Positions 27,403-39,261 of a DNA stretch of 63,933 bases are shown one piece after another (the first letter of the stretch is position 1; the number at the start of each line of letters is the position of its first letter). Under the pieces are notes generated by a model. It made no database searches and was not told the DNA's origin. It was given only the letters and a program-made list of their open reading frames with translations. A program made the position numbers and the translations under genes. Source of the DNA: Stylophora pistillata (Eukaryota); the NCBI RefSeq assembly GCF_002571385.2, contig NW_019217964.1, positions 62,001 through 125,933 on the forward strand, read 5' to 3'.

Positions 27403-30400
27403 ATGTAATATAACATAACCACTGAAGTAAAGCACGGAAGGGTTACAAAACACTCAAGTAGTTGGGGTCGCTCTCAGCTGCCGCCTCGTTCGACTCCTAC
27501 GCTTCCCAGCCGGGCTCCCGTGTGCATCCATTGTTTAATAGTGTACGCTGTGGTGTTTTACCATTTTTCAAATATGTTTTTGTCAAATTTTTCTGTATAA
27601 ATATACTTGTCATGGTAAAGCGCATTAAGTGGAGTATAGCGTTAAAATACATCATGAAAACCTCCGATCACACCAAAACTGAAAAAGGTAACAAAAACTG
27701 ATGTTTCCCAAATCACTGACAAAATAAACTCGCGTCAAATAAATTCATACTAGTAGGCCACTTGTAGAAGGGACACTTCTAAATTTAAAACGTACTTCAA
27801 GTTTAACTGTGAACGTCATTTCTAACTACATCATGAGGCTATTTTATCTCCAAGTTAATATATGGGGAACAAAAAACTATAAGACGCTCTTTTAGCTTTG
27901 GTTGATTCAACAAATCTTCAAGAGGATGATGTTTCCTCAATCAAGTCTAATACATATTTGAAAGTACTGACGTGTTTAGAATAACCTCGTTTGTTGTGCT
28001 TTGTAACACAATGACTGATTGTAGTTGACCTTGGCAGCTACTTACTTTTATCCCCTTTTTGTCTCCCGGGTGTGCTTTTGAGTTCGTACCACTAGGACCT
28101 GGCCTTGCTTCTGCGCCTTGATCATCGAAACCACAATTTTGATTTCCAGTTGGAGTCTTTTGGGATTGAGAAGAAACATTTGGTGATTCATAGCTTACAT
28201 GAATCAACATAAGCGCCCCCATAAACAAACCAAAGGAAGATAGAATGTGCCACTGGTCATGATCGTCAAAAAATGCATAGGAAGCACATTCCCTGTTTAG
28301 ATCACGGGATTCTTCAGGAGACTTACTCTTATCTGTTGTTGCTCTTCCTAAGAAAATGTACAATGCATAACCAATAACAACCGCTATTGTAAAGCCAAAA
28401 ACCACTCTAAGGACTTTTAAACCAACATCACACCACCCTTTTGAACAATCCGTTAACCAGCTAGATGCAAGAAAGGATCCGGCCCCGACAATAGCACACT
28501 CTGACACACAAAAATATACAAAAACGTCGGTAAATTCCACTATGTCACGCATCCAAAGGAAAATCAGCGCACCTGGTATTAAAGCGAAACCACTTACGCA
28601 AGAAGTCCAAAATACACATTTCAAAATGCAGCATCCTGCGTTGCCCTCAGGGTATGTTTCATAGGCTTTTTTTGAGTCTGTCACCTCGCTCGGGCAACAT
28701 ATACAGCAACCCATGCATTTTTTTGGGCACAACTTGTACCCAGTCCACACCGCTAGAATGATCATCCAAAGAAGTAAGCATGAAATAAATAGGAGTTTGA
28801 TTACTGGGGCCATTCCCGCCTCTGAGTGATACATTGTTCCAAGATAATTCAGAGTGAATAGAGGAACCACAAAAAAAAAGAAAGAAGTTTGCTGCTCCCA
28901 CGCGCCTCTTTGCGTCTACAACTTCAGTGCAGGGCTTTGTTTCAATGCCGTTGTACATCAGCTCCACGCTTAAACTTGCCATGACAAACATAAAGGCTGT
29001 ATCGAACTGAAATGTTAAATTACCTGGACAAAGATGATAAATGGCAGAAAACATTACCTCAAAGCACAGAGCCCAGGCAAGAGCGTAACCTAAAGAAAAA
29101 CTATACTTTTTTTTTAAGTGCCTCTGCGAAGAGGGCCTCAAGATCATCGGTTTCAACTTTGGGAACGAACATTTCTCCGAGATGAAGAGAAATATCGGGA
29201 CACGTGAGCAAATGGCTCGGTAACTCTCTGTCAGGTATATTTAGGAAAGAATAATCTGGCTCTTTCAACTGCTTTTTTGTCAACTCATTAACTTTTTTTT
29301 CAAATTGCCTTTTCCTTTCTTCGTATGCATTCCCTAATCTGTCTACCCTATTTTTTTTTTGCAGAGCTTGCAAGTTTCCTGCATTGAGCAAGTACCTGTG
29401 ACTCCATGCAGAGAACATTAATAGCTAAAATAAAGCCATGGATGATGTAAGCTACACTACTAACCATTAAATTATGAGGAATATCGATATAACTTGCTCG
29501 ATAACAAAAATCGTTATAATAACAATGATCTCTATCACCCTCTTTAATCATCAAGAACCAGTCTGCAAAGACAAACTGGAATGAACCCACCATTAAAACC
29601 CAAACGACAATTAACGTGATGTAAGAAAACTTTTTGGGACCTCGACTTATGCTGTGTCTGAATATGACGGCCACCACAGCTAAGCAAAATTCACACCAGG
29701 TTATTGCGGTTTTCGTACTTTGATTTGTTGTTTTATAAGTGCAGCAGATGGTGCATTCTCTAAAAATAAGCCATGCAACAAAAGATATCGCAATACCAAC
29801 AAGACCACAAATTCGAACTAACACTAAAAGAGGTTTATCGTATGAGTAATCAAATGATCTATTCAAAGTTAATGTCACAGTCTTTGTTGCATCACTTAGT
29901 GTGTCACCAGAGGCATTCTTGATTGCAATTCCAATGAACCAACTGGAAGTGGAGGCGGTTAGTGGCGGAATAGAGAACTTGGACAAAGTAATCCGTCCCT
30001 TTTTGGCGAACGACAGACGGAGTGACTCTCCTTTGTAGTCCACAACGTCAATGTTGTCCCTGACATCCTTACAGTCACGTGATACTTTTAAGTAAGCTGA
30101 TACGTCATCAGACTCAGAAGTGACAGTCACGTCAAGTTGTGTACTTGAAATATCTTGTGTTGGGGTAAACTGATAAACAGCTGGATAAGAATCCTTTGCT
30201 CTCAGTACAACTTCCACTGCCTCATCTAATTGAATGCCTCCTTGATGTTGCATTTCTGCCATGAAACTGACGCCATTTGTGCCTGAAAACAACAAGTGCT
30301 TCCCACTGACTCTACCACTGGTTGGACAGAAAGGGCAACTTCTCCAACCAGCTTCAGACGTTGATATGCCAAGGTGACTAATTAGCAAAGACCCCTCGCC

Positions 30401-30554
30401 TTCTTCATAGGCAGATACGTGCAGTGAACCTGAAGAAAATATTATTCGATTTCGAATTTAATGAGGCAGTAAAGAGAAAACAATCTTGGTTTACATGAAT
30501 CTTGTCAGCTTGACTGGTCAAAAACACTTTAGTTTAAACAGAATGAATATAATG

Positions 30555-31292
30555 CAGTAAGTGGTTTGAACCGGGGGGTAACATGCGAAGGTGTAGTCTG
30601 ATCGTTCGGGTGAGTGTAGTCCTGAGAAGGACTGTTGTCGGTGGTAGTGACTGACGTTTCGACAACCTGTGCGGAAGTCATCATCAGAGTCAAGTGAATG
30701 ATTGTTGTCAGTAGAATGTTCTTATTCCAGTTCGTGTGAAATGATCGGTTGGTTTTGCCGTGATGTTATTGGCTGTAAGACTCAAGTGACGTAAGTCGGT
30801 CGTGATTGGTCTGTTTCGATCTGTCGGTAAAGTTAGGTCGTTCTTTTTCGGTCGTTTGTGATGTTTATGTCGTGAATGAGTCGTTTGTATGGAGCGGGTA
30901 GTTGTTGACATCTGTTTAGGGGAGTCTGTTCTAAGTTAGTAAACCAGCTTTCCAGAGTCAGTCGTTGAAAATAGTCAGTGCTGTAGGTTAGGCATTGCGC
31001 AGAGTCCCAGTCAATGTTGTGGTTGGTAAGTCGATGGTGTTCAGCAATGTGATTGCTGACATCACCTTTCCTCGTCGCCCGTCTGTGTTCAGTCAGTCTT
31101 GTTGTGAGGTTTCTGCCAGTCTCACCGATGTAGGAGGCTTGGCAGTCGGAACAATTGATCTTATAAATCGTTCCCTGTCTGTTCCTCGGTTCGTCTTTGT
31201 CTTTAACGTTGGTTAGTAACTGACGTAGTGTGGTGATGGGTTTGTGGGCGACGCGGATATTGAAGGGTAGTAAGATGCGCGAGATGTTTTCN
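30555..31292 (-). mobile_element. Penelope-like element 3' end in SID-c intron
   Basis: Minus-strand translation GTIYKINCSDCQASYIGETGRNLTTRLTEHRR (GIY-YIG), followed by a 3' repeat containing a hammerhead; truncated at the N gap. Confidence 0.9.
30648..30692 (-). ncRNA. Minimal type I hammerhead ribozyme, canonical core
   Basis: UGACU-CUGAUGA-UGAC(uuccgcacagguu)GUC-GAAAC-GUC-AGUCA: stem I UGACU/AGUCA, stem II GAC/GUC, palindromic ACGU in place of stem III. Confidence 0.75.
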
Positions 31293-34256
31293 NNNNNNNN
31301 NNNNNNNNNNNNATTATAACATAACCAAAGTAAAGCGCGCGCTCTGATTGGTCAATTTAGCGTCCCCCATTTGCCCATGGGTGTACGCTGCTGACGTGAG
31401 CAAATGCAAAGACTATTTTTCCGCGCGCGCTTGTTTTTTCTGGTCGCGTAAGATTTGTTAAATAAAAGGGAACTCTTTAGCTACAATGTATCAATGTTAT
31501 GTTATAAAACAAATGGTAAACACCACAGCGTACACTATTGAGTTATGGATGCACTTGGGAGGTTTGCTAAGCACTCAAGAAGCTAGAGTCGCTCTCGGCT
31601 ATCGCCTCGAGCGACTCTTACGCTTCTTTCGTACTTAGCAACCTCCCGCGTGCATCCATAACTCAATAGTGGTGTTTACCCTGTGGTGTTTACCATTTGT
31701 CAAATTCAGTTTCTAATCGGGGTCTTCCATCGACGCTGTTGTCCTGACTGCTTATGATCCCTTATTTAAAGTTGAAGCTGACGAAGGTTTTTCTGCTACT
31801 TCTGGGAAAGGAAGAAGTTTGTTACCTCACCTTCAATGGACCATTCAGCTCTTTTGGCTCTCAAATACATCAGTTGATTTGCATCATTCGTCTTTACAAG
31901 ACAGTTGTGACTCAGGTTTCTTGAGGAAGGGAGTTCTCCACTGAATTTCAGTGGTTGAGCTGTTACGTTTTGACTAGTCTTCACCGCCATCATTTCCGCG
32001 AAAGTGCATTCTGCAGACAGTTTGGCATGGGTAGGAGACGCAAACAGAAGGAGGAAATTCAAGATTGAGAGCGTAAAAGCCGGGAGAAAAACCATCCTGA
32101 GGACCTCCATATGGACTATGGTGCCTTTGCTTACGCTTCCAAGGCTCTCAGCGAGTTGTTCCAAAAGCGATCGTTCGAACGCGATCGTTCGTACGTTTGT
32201 GTACGCCCCAAGTACTCCACTGCTTCCGAGAAACTGAGCTAAAGAATCAGAAACTCTAGAAGGTGGATTTGGGTACATTATATCATGATCTGCAAGCAGT
32301 TGTCTTTTGGTGAATGGTTCATGTTGGCAAACAAATGCTACAGGAAAATTTACAGCATTTCAGATGATTAATTCCATTTATGGTTTACGTCACAGAACTT
32401 TTAAGACTGTTGAGGCGAGATGTAACTGTTTTCGGTTCCTGGCGCGAAAAAAATGCAAGGCGTTCTACTCATACTTTTGATTTTCAAAACAGGATAACAG
32501 CACGATTCTGTCCATAATAAGGTCAAAAACCCTGAAGGGGGTCGTCTGAAGCCGGCCTTTGAAGTTTTATCTAGATTAGTCAGTCTGTTTGTCATGTGTT
32601 CTTTTCTCACGATACTATATATATCCATTACACTATCCCAAAGTCTAGAGATTCAACTTAATTTAAATTGAATGATATACGCTGATCTAACAGACCAAAG
32701 ACAATAACTGAATACAAGAACATAATTAATTTGAGGCCATTTCGCAGAGGCTTGTCACTTATCGAGCAAAGCTATGACAACAACTTTAATCTTGCTCGTG
32801 TAATGTTACGAATTACAAATGTTTGATTTGTTAACCTGAATTGCATTTATTAAGACGAAAATGAATAGGAAAAAAATTGCTATAAAGTACTTAGATCTAT
32901 CCTCTGGTTTGGGTTTTTCATCAGTGAGCAGAATTTTTTTAGGATTAATATTTTTGCGGGTTCTCTTTTCTCGGTCGAAGTTTACCAGCTTGATGCGTCC
33001 CTTCATTTCGTGAGCAATGCCAAGGCATTTGGCAAATGAATCATGAAAACAAGATACGTAGACTCTGCCTTTGAGTCCAGTGGAGAGAAATTTTCCAAAA
33101 GCTATTCCTATATGTAGCCTGGGTTGATGACGTAAATTGGCCACCGTACAGAGTTGCTAAAGCTGAAATTTTAAGAGTAATACCCCTTCCTCATTCGCTC
33201 TGTCGAAGAGGTAAAGTTCGAAACGTCAGCTAAAGTTAACCGATTAACGTCATCAGCTCAGTTAATAAAACAAAATTGTCTTGTAGTAACCCCCAAATGA
33301 CAGAGTAGGATAGTGTACAATTGAACAATGCATTTAAGACAAACCTGATCATTTCAACAGGAGCGAAACCGCTATCATTGAGAATAGTGCCCCTGAGGCT
33401 CTATGGGGGGGGGGGGAGGGGGCGCTTTTAGGAGATTCACGTGGCTTTGTTATTAAACTGAGTTCATGTATGAAACATTCTTCACACTACCATGACTTTC
33501 TTATACTGATTTCACGTTTGTACCTCAATGATACAAATGAAACTAGGAGCGAATGATAAAAACGTGTAGATAAGGTGCCTAATCAGTTTCATATTGCTAA
33601 AAAAAATTCCCTTCCTTTTTTTTTTTTTCTTTTCTTTGTTTTCTTTTGTGTTCGTCTCTTATCTGCTTTGTTTTGTTTTTGTTTTTCTAAGGAAGGGAGA
33701 GGTAGGCGGAGGCAAAGCGACATAAACTTTCATGTTTTAACAGGAGGTAAAGAGCTCGTGGTTTGTGAAATTTAACGATTGATTAAATTGAACCATGAAG
33801 TGACGCACATCAATGCACTTAGAGCTTTCTTCTGGCAAGTTCAGAAAACGAAAAAAAAAAAAAAAACAAATAAAGCACCAGTTGATTAGGATTAAAAAAA
33901 AAGAAAAAAAAGAAAAAAGAAACAGAAACCTTCAAGCTGACTAGTTAATAAAGCACTGGAAAGCAAAAATGTACGATATCTACTGGAAAGTAATTTTCAG
34001 CAACCCCTGTGACGTCACAGATGCAGCAGCTCTGTGCTAAAGCACGTTTCAGCATTTTCGCTTTCATTCGTTGCAGTTTAAACTCTTGATTGATTCTAAC
34101 ACAATTTCGCCCTGTATTGACGTAAATCAAAGGAACGGAAGACAAAATATTTCTTGTTACAATTCCTACGGTCCTACACGCCTTGCTTTGAGCTGTTATT
34201 ACAGTTGTTGAGGAACTTGAGCGAAGGCGTGTGGAAAGACAACTATCATTCGCGTC

Positions 34257-36888
34257 ATGAATCTTTCTTCGAATGAATTTCATTTTGATGATTGCCTTCT
34301 TCCAGTTTCTCACGTAATTGCGTTAATTCCAATTAACATTTTATCAAGTATCGTCGGAACCATCGGAAATTCTTTGGTGATCGCCACAGTTTATACCAAC
34401 AAGAGCTTACAGATTATTTCCAACTTCTGGTTGGCGAGTATGGCTGTGGCCGATTTGATGGTCACTGCCTTGGGTCAGCCACTGCTCATAGCATTCTGGG
34501 GGCTTCATGTGAACCACGAATGCAACGAGGTGGTGTCCGAAGCATTTCGTCTTGTGGGAAATATGTCGTGTTCAGCTTCAATTCTTCACTTGTGTTTTAT
34601 CAGTATCGATCGCTGTCTCCTTATCGTCCCACCAGTTCAAAGTAAAGCAATCCGAACTGTGAAGAGGTTTAAGTTAGCGTTGCTTATCGTTTGGATTTTT
34701 CCGGTTATTTATAGTCTTTTGCGATTAACAGTGAGCAAGAAAGCAACGTCCTATTTTACCGTCTTTGCCGCTGCCATATGTTACTCATCCTCGGAGACCC
34801 AGGGGCTGTGGGTCGATTTCAAGTTAGGACATGAAGAGCCCCTGGGGACATTGTCTTACAAGACTAGTTCCAAACGGTCGCAGTCGTTCTGCCATCTGAT
34901 TGGTGCCAGAAAATCTTTGTGTTTTTCTGCCCAATCAGAGAGAAGTGTGCTTTAGAGTCCTTTCGTGTGTTTTAACACGGACATATACTAGAAGCTCAGT
35001 TGCTCGCTATGGTTGTTTGGACCGTGCGACGGAGATTTGCTTGAGGTGAAAATTTTCAGTCTCAGCACACAATGTGAGAGAAATCGATCAGATTGTCCGA
35101 AATCTTACCGGAAATTATACTGAATACTTTCGCAGGTATCACTAGTACTAGAGAACGTGTTTTAAAGTTTGCGAGGTTTGTATACAACACGATGGTTGCA
35201 GTCATTGATATGTCGCTTTAGACGTTAAACGAGAGTTAAGCTTAAATCTTTCTAGATTTTTTGCATAATTTGCTGTGACTGAAACTTTGCCAATCCCGTA
35301 AAGTTATTTCGTCGCACGGGCCACGCAGGTATGTCGAACAACTGGTACTTGCGCAACTTTCTGTACGTGCCAAAATCTAATCTCATCTTCGCTTGAAAAA
35401 AAAAGAAAAGCTAAGCGTAGAAACTTTTGCTTATTAGATGTGGGTAGATGACCCTGTACAACTAAGCTGACATTTGCAATAAAGCAAACCCGCCCTTTCC
35501 GTCCAATATTTCTTGGTCTTTGGTTTTGTTTTTCCCATCGAAAACAGCATCGGATCGATTCCCAATGATCGAAGGTATTGAACTTGGTCTTCAACAATCG
35601 ACAGAAGAGGTGAGATGACAATGACCAAGGGACTAGAAGAGAATCCGTGGCCTTCCCAGCTCAAGAATTTCAACACTCTAGGCAGCAGTTAAAAGATTAA
35701 ACTCTTTCCAAACCCCTTCGGTAACTGCCCGAAAACATCTCTCCTTCCCTCGATGTTCTCGTTAATAAGTGTTTGTTCAGATTTTAATTAGCTAACCGGA
35801 AACACAGCTAAGCTTTCTCTTAGCACTTGCTGGAGGTCGTCCACGAACTTAACGTTTCCTGCAACCTTTGCGAACGACTTTACTACAAAGCGAAGATTAG
35901 ATTTTGGCGCGCACAGAAAGCAGAAAGCTTCGAAGGCGAAAGCGTGGCCCGTGCGACGAAATAACTTCACGGGATTGGCAAAGTTTCAGTCACAGCAAAT
36001 TATGCAAAAAGTCTAGAAAGATTTAAGCTTAAATCTCGTTTAACGTTTAAAGCGACACATCAATGACTGCAACCATCGTGTTGTATACAAACCTCGCAAA
36101 CTTTAAAACACGTTCTCTAGTACTAGTGATACCTGCGAAAGTATTCTGTATAATTTCCGGTCAGTTTTCGCGGACAATCTGATCGATTTCGCGTACACTG
36201 TGTGCTGAGACTGAAACTTTTCACCTCAAGCAAATCTCCGTCGCACGGTCCAAACAACCATAGCGAGCAACTGAGCTACTAGTATATGTCCGTGTTAAAA
36301 CACACGAAAGGACTCTAAAGTACACTTCACTCTGATTGGGCAGAAAAACACAAAAAGTTTCTGGCACCAATCAGATGACAGAACGACTGCGACCGTTTGG
36401 AACTAGTCTTGTAAGACAATGTCCCCAGGGGCTCTTCATGTCGTAACTTGAAATCGACCCACAGCTCCTGGGTCTCCGAGGATGTATGTTACTTGACCAT
36501 CATTTGCTGCTACATATTAATTATCATGAAGGTTTGGAATCGTGACAATGTTCGTAGTCACGCAAGACAGAGTGCCTCCCAATTGGTTGAACGTCGCGTG
36601 ACAGTCACGGTGGCTGTTGTTGTCGTGGTGTTCACAGTTTGTTGGATTCCAATAATGTACCTTCGCAGTGCCTATGCCCAGAGTAATGTTGGAGTAGTAT
36701 ACAACTGGGCGAGGACACTGGCTTTAAGCAATTCTGCAATGAATCCGTGGGTCTATTGCTTCCGTATGGAAGAATTCCTTGTTAATTACAAACGACTCCT
36801 GAAGTGTGGCTTTAGAAACAAGCGTGACGGAAGCACCATGAATGAACTTAATTTAGCGATAACAGTCAATTCAATCGTTTTAATGTAA
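34257..36888 (+). pseudogene. GPCR-2, paralog of GPCR-1, interrupted in TM5 by a transposon (307 aa if restored)
   Basis: 34257-34785 plus 36494-36888 join in frame (AICY-LTIICCY), aligning with GPCR-1 GICYLIIILCY; IDRC, CWIP and NPWVY are intact. Confidence 0.92.
34786..36484 (-). mobile_element. Non-autonomous DNA transposon, 1699 bp, ~540-bp TIRs, 9-bp TSD, RecQ-like helicase remnant (AcademH-like)
   Basis: TSD TATGTTACT at 34777-34785 and 36485-36493; CATCC...GGATG termini; arms 34786-~35326 and ~35942-36484; core reads (-) DVFGQLPKGFGKSLIF*...VIVISPLLSIVEDQV. Confidence 0.88.
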
Positions 36889-39261
36889 ATGCCATTGTTG
36901 TAGAGTCAGTTACCTGATGCGGCCAACATTCCAAATGGTCTGCGTAGAACTTATTTTGCTGATTATGAGCGGGTTTGTTGTTGTTTTTTTTTTTCGGTAA
37001 ATTCACTGCCAGAGTACTTGTAGCTGTGTCTGAAGTCGAGGTTTCCTGTCCAACTTTCAAAGTTAGACAGAAAGCCTCGAGTTTAGACACATATACACGC
37101 GCAGTTTAAATTAAAATTGCATTTTTACTGATTTTTTTCCCCCATTTTTTCCTCTTGTACATGTCTCGAGGAGACGAACAATAGAAATTGGTAAAGAATC
37201 CTAAAAATTGAAAATGGAATCAACGAAAGAATATTTCCTTTCTGTCTCGCATTCATGTGCTGAGCCTAATGTCTATAAACACAAAAATATGATCCAATAT
37301 TTCCTCAGCCTTAATTTTCCTTTTTTAAGATGTGTTTTTAATTTCCTTTTCCTTTTTTCGGTTAATTCGAAGCATACCACAAAGAAAAAAATAATTGAAT
37401 CATTACCAGGGGAGATCAAAAGTCTAAACTTTCTCTATAAAATCAATACTGGCATCAAGATCACAAATTATGGAGATATCGACAAAGGTAGTCAGCGAAC
37501 ATGCCGACTGGAAGTAAAACAAATTAAAATCAGGCAGAAACACAAGCGACTTCAAAACTATATCAGTTGTTGTTGTAATTTCTTGACCACTCAATTTGAA
37601 AGCTCAGCGGAAACAGATTTGGCTGATAATATCACTCATTTCCACAATAACAAAAATAAAAGGTTCTCAGAGATCAATACAAAGCAAAAACAATGGTATG
37701 ATATGGAGTGTTTACGTAAATTCAGTTATCTTTTATTTCAATTTACTGCTTCTAGGATCAAGATAACAAAACGAAAACGAATTTAAAGGACCGTACACAA
37801 ATGAGAAAAGACTTAAGGCATTCAAAGTTAAAAAAAAATAAATAAAAAATTATCAAAAAAAAATCATCTAAAAAAATGACATATATTTTAATTCCACTTA
37901 CTCGAGGTTGCGCCCTTTGGGTCAAGGAGATAATTCCTGAATTTTAAGCATTTGTAGTATGTCCTAAATTTAAATAAAAACTTGGCCAAACTATTGATCT
38001 ATGGCTATTAGTAACATCATGCACGCGAGCTATATTATTATTTTTTCAGATACAAAATACTTTACCTGAACAGCTTTTGGCAAACAGAAATTTATATTTT
38101 TAGCTATCAAATGTCTCGTCAGTCAAAGTGCTTTATTGGGAAGAATTAAAAGAAACCGCGAACGCTTCTGTGACTCGCCCCTTTAAATAAGTTTATACCA
38201 CTGACGATTGCGGTACGCTAAAAGAAGTATGTGCAATTACAGCGCAACATTCAAAAACACCGCATCGCTTGAAAAAGCTACAATACAAAATTTTTTACCA
38301 AACAGACGCAGTTCACGAAAGAATATAATATTTATTTGCTTTTTTTCATGTGGGAAAATGAATGAATTGCACATTCCAAACCTCTGTGCAACCGACATCA
38401 CGGGTACAGTCGGCTGCGCGCTCAAAACTTGGTCAATTAATGGCTTAAGCTTCTAATAAAAAACCCGAAAGAGGCTATAATCATGAAGCACTTCGCAACT
38501 GCCGGATGAAAGACACCCATCCTTATGTATCATTTAATGTTACCTTTCCTCGGTTTACGAAACAATAATCCATCGAAATTACTAGAACTGATATTGCTTG
38601 AGACGGCTTTTCACAAGTTTTTGTTTCCGACAAAAATAAAGAAAATCATGGTATATTATATTCAAGAGCAATTAACTTAGGCCGACCAAGACAATATAAT
38701 AAAGTGAGTGATATTTAGCATGACGCTACAGTATCTTAACAGACATAGATATATTCTTAATTATAGGTAGATAAAAACAGATATTAAAAAAAAAAAAAAA
38801 ATTTGTCTTTGTTTTGAAAACGCACAAACTAAATATTTTGATATTACTACTTTTAAGGCCATTGAGAAGTTCTCAAAAATTGAAATATAATTTCTTTGAG
38901 GGATTAAGCTCACAGTTTAAGGATAGGAAGTTTAAGATAACATCCGATGGCTGCCAAAATGAGCTGAATACCTCTTAATAAGAGAACCAACAAAAGACGC
39001 AATGATATAAGACATTTACGTTTTAACCAATCGAATCTCAGCATCGAAAATAATGCAATTTGTGTACTTCCTAACCATGACTTAACCCATTACCCCGTAG
39101 CTATATGAACTAAACCATTCCTAAAAGCATTGGCTGACAAACTAGGAACCCACCAGATAAATTACCCACATTAATCGCCTTCCTAGGACCAGTCGATTCG
39201 TGGAATTAAGAATATTTCAGGTCGTAGACGATCTTCCATTTCCGTTCAGCAAGAAGTCACA

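Larger units (their letters stand above)
27947..32095 (-). pseudogene. SID-1/SIDT family gene SID-c; exons 32095-31831 and 30429-27947; three +1 homopolymer frameshifts (pseudogene or sequence error); ~914 aa if corrected
   Basis: Same exon structure as SID-b. Four consecutive ORFs join at runs 29351-29360, 29107-29115 and 28871-28879. Retains CYYNDFC, FSAIYHLCP, FQFDTAFM and DDHDQWH. Confidence 0.85.

Noticed and set aside
32096-32278. 61-aa N-terminal extension of SID-c
   Set aside because: Not conserved in a or b; the signal peptide aligns from MVFLPAF (ATG at 32095).
33190-33232. Hammerhead ribozyme
   Set aside because: Core decayed (CTGTCGA, weak stem II); the copy at ~54912-54950 has likewise lost GAAAC.
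35434-35860. Host RecQ helicase gene
   Set aside because: Short, contains stop codons and is enclosed by TIRs and a TSD, so it is transposon cargo.
37208-37786. 192-aa ORF
   Set aside because: TTG start, low-complexity AT-rich sequence and no recognisable domain; the KQWYDMEC segment suggests a decayed LINE remnant.
37783-38860. Possible additional DNA transposon starting ttaaaggaccgtacac
   Set aside because: No matching inverted terminus or TSD found.
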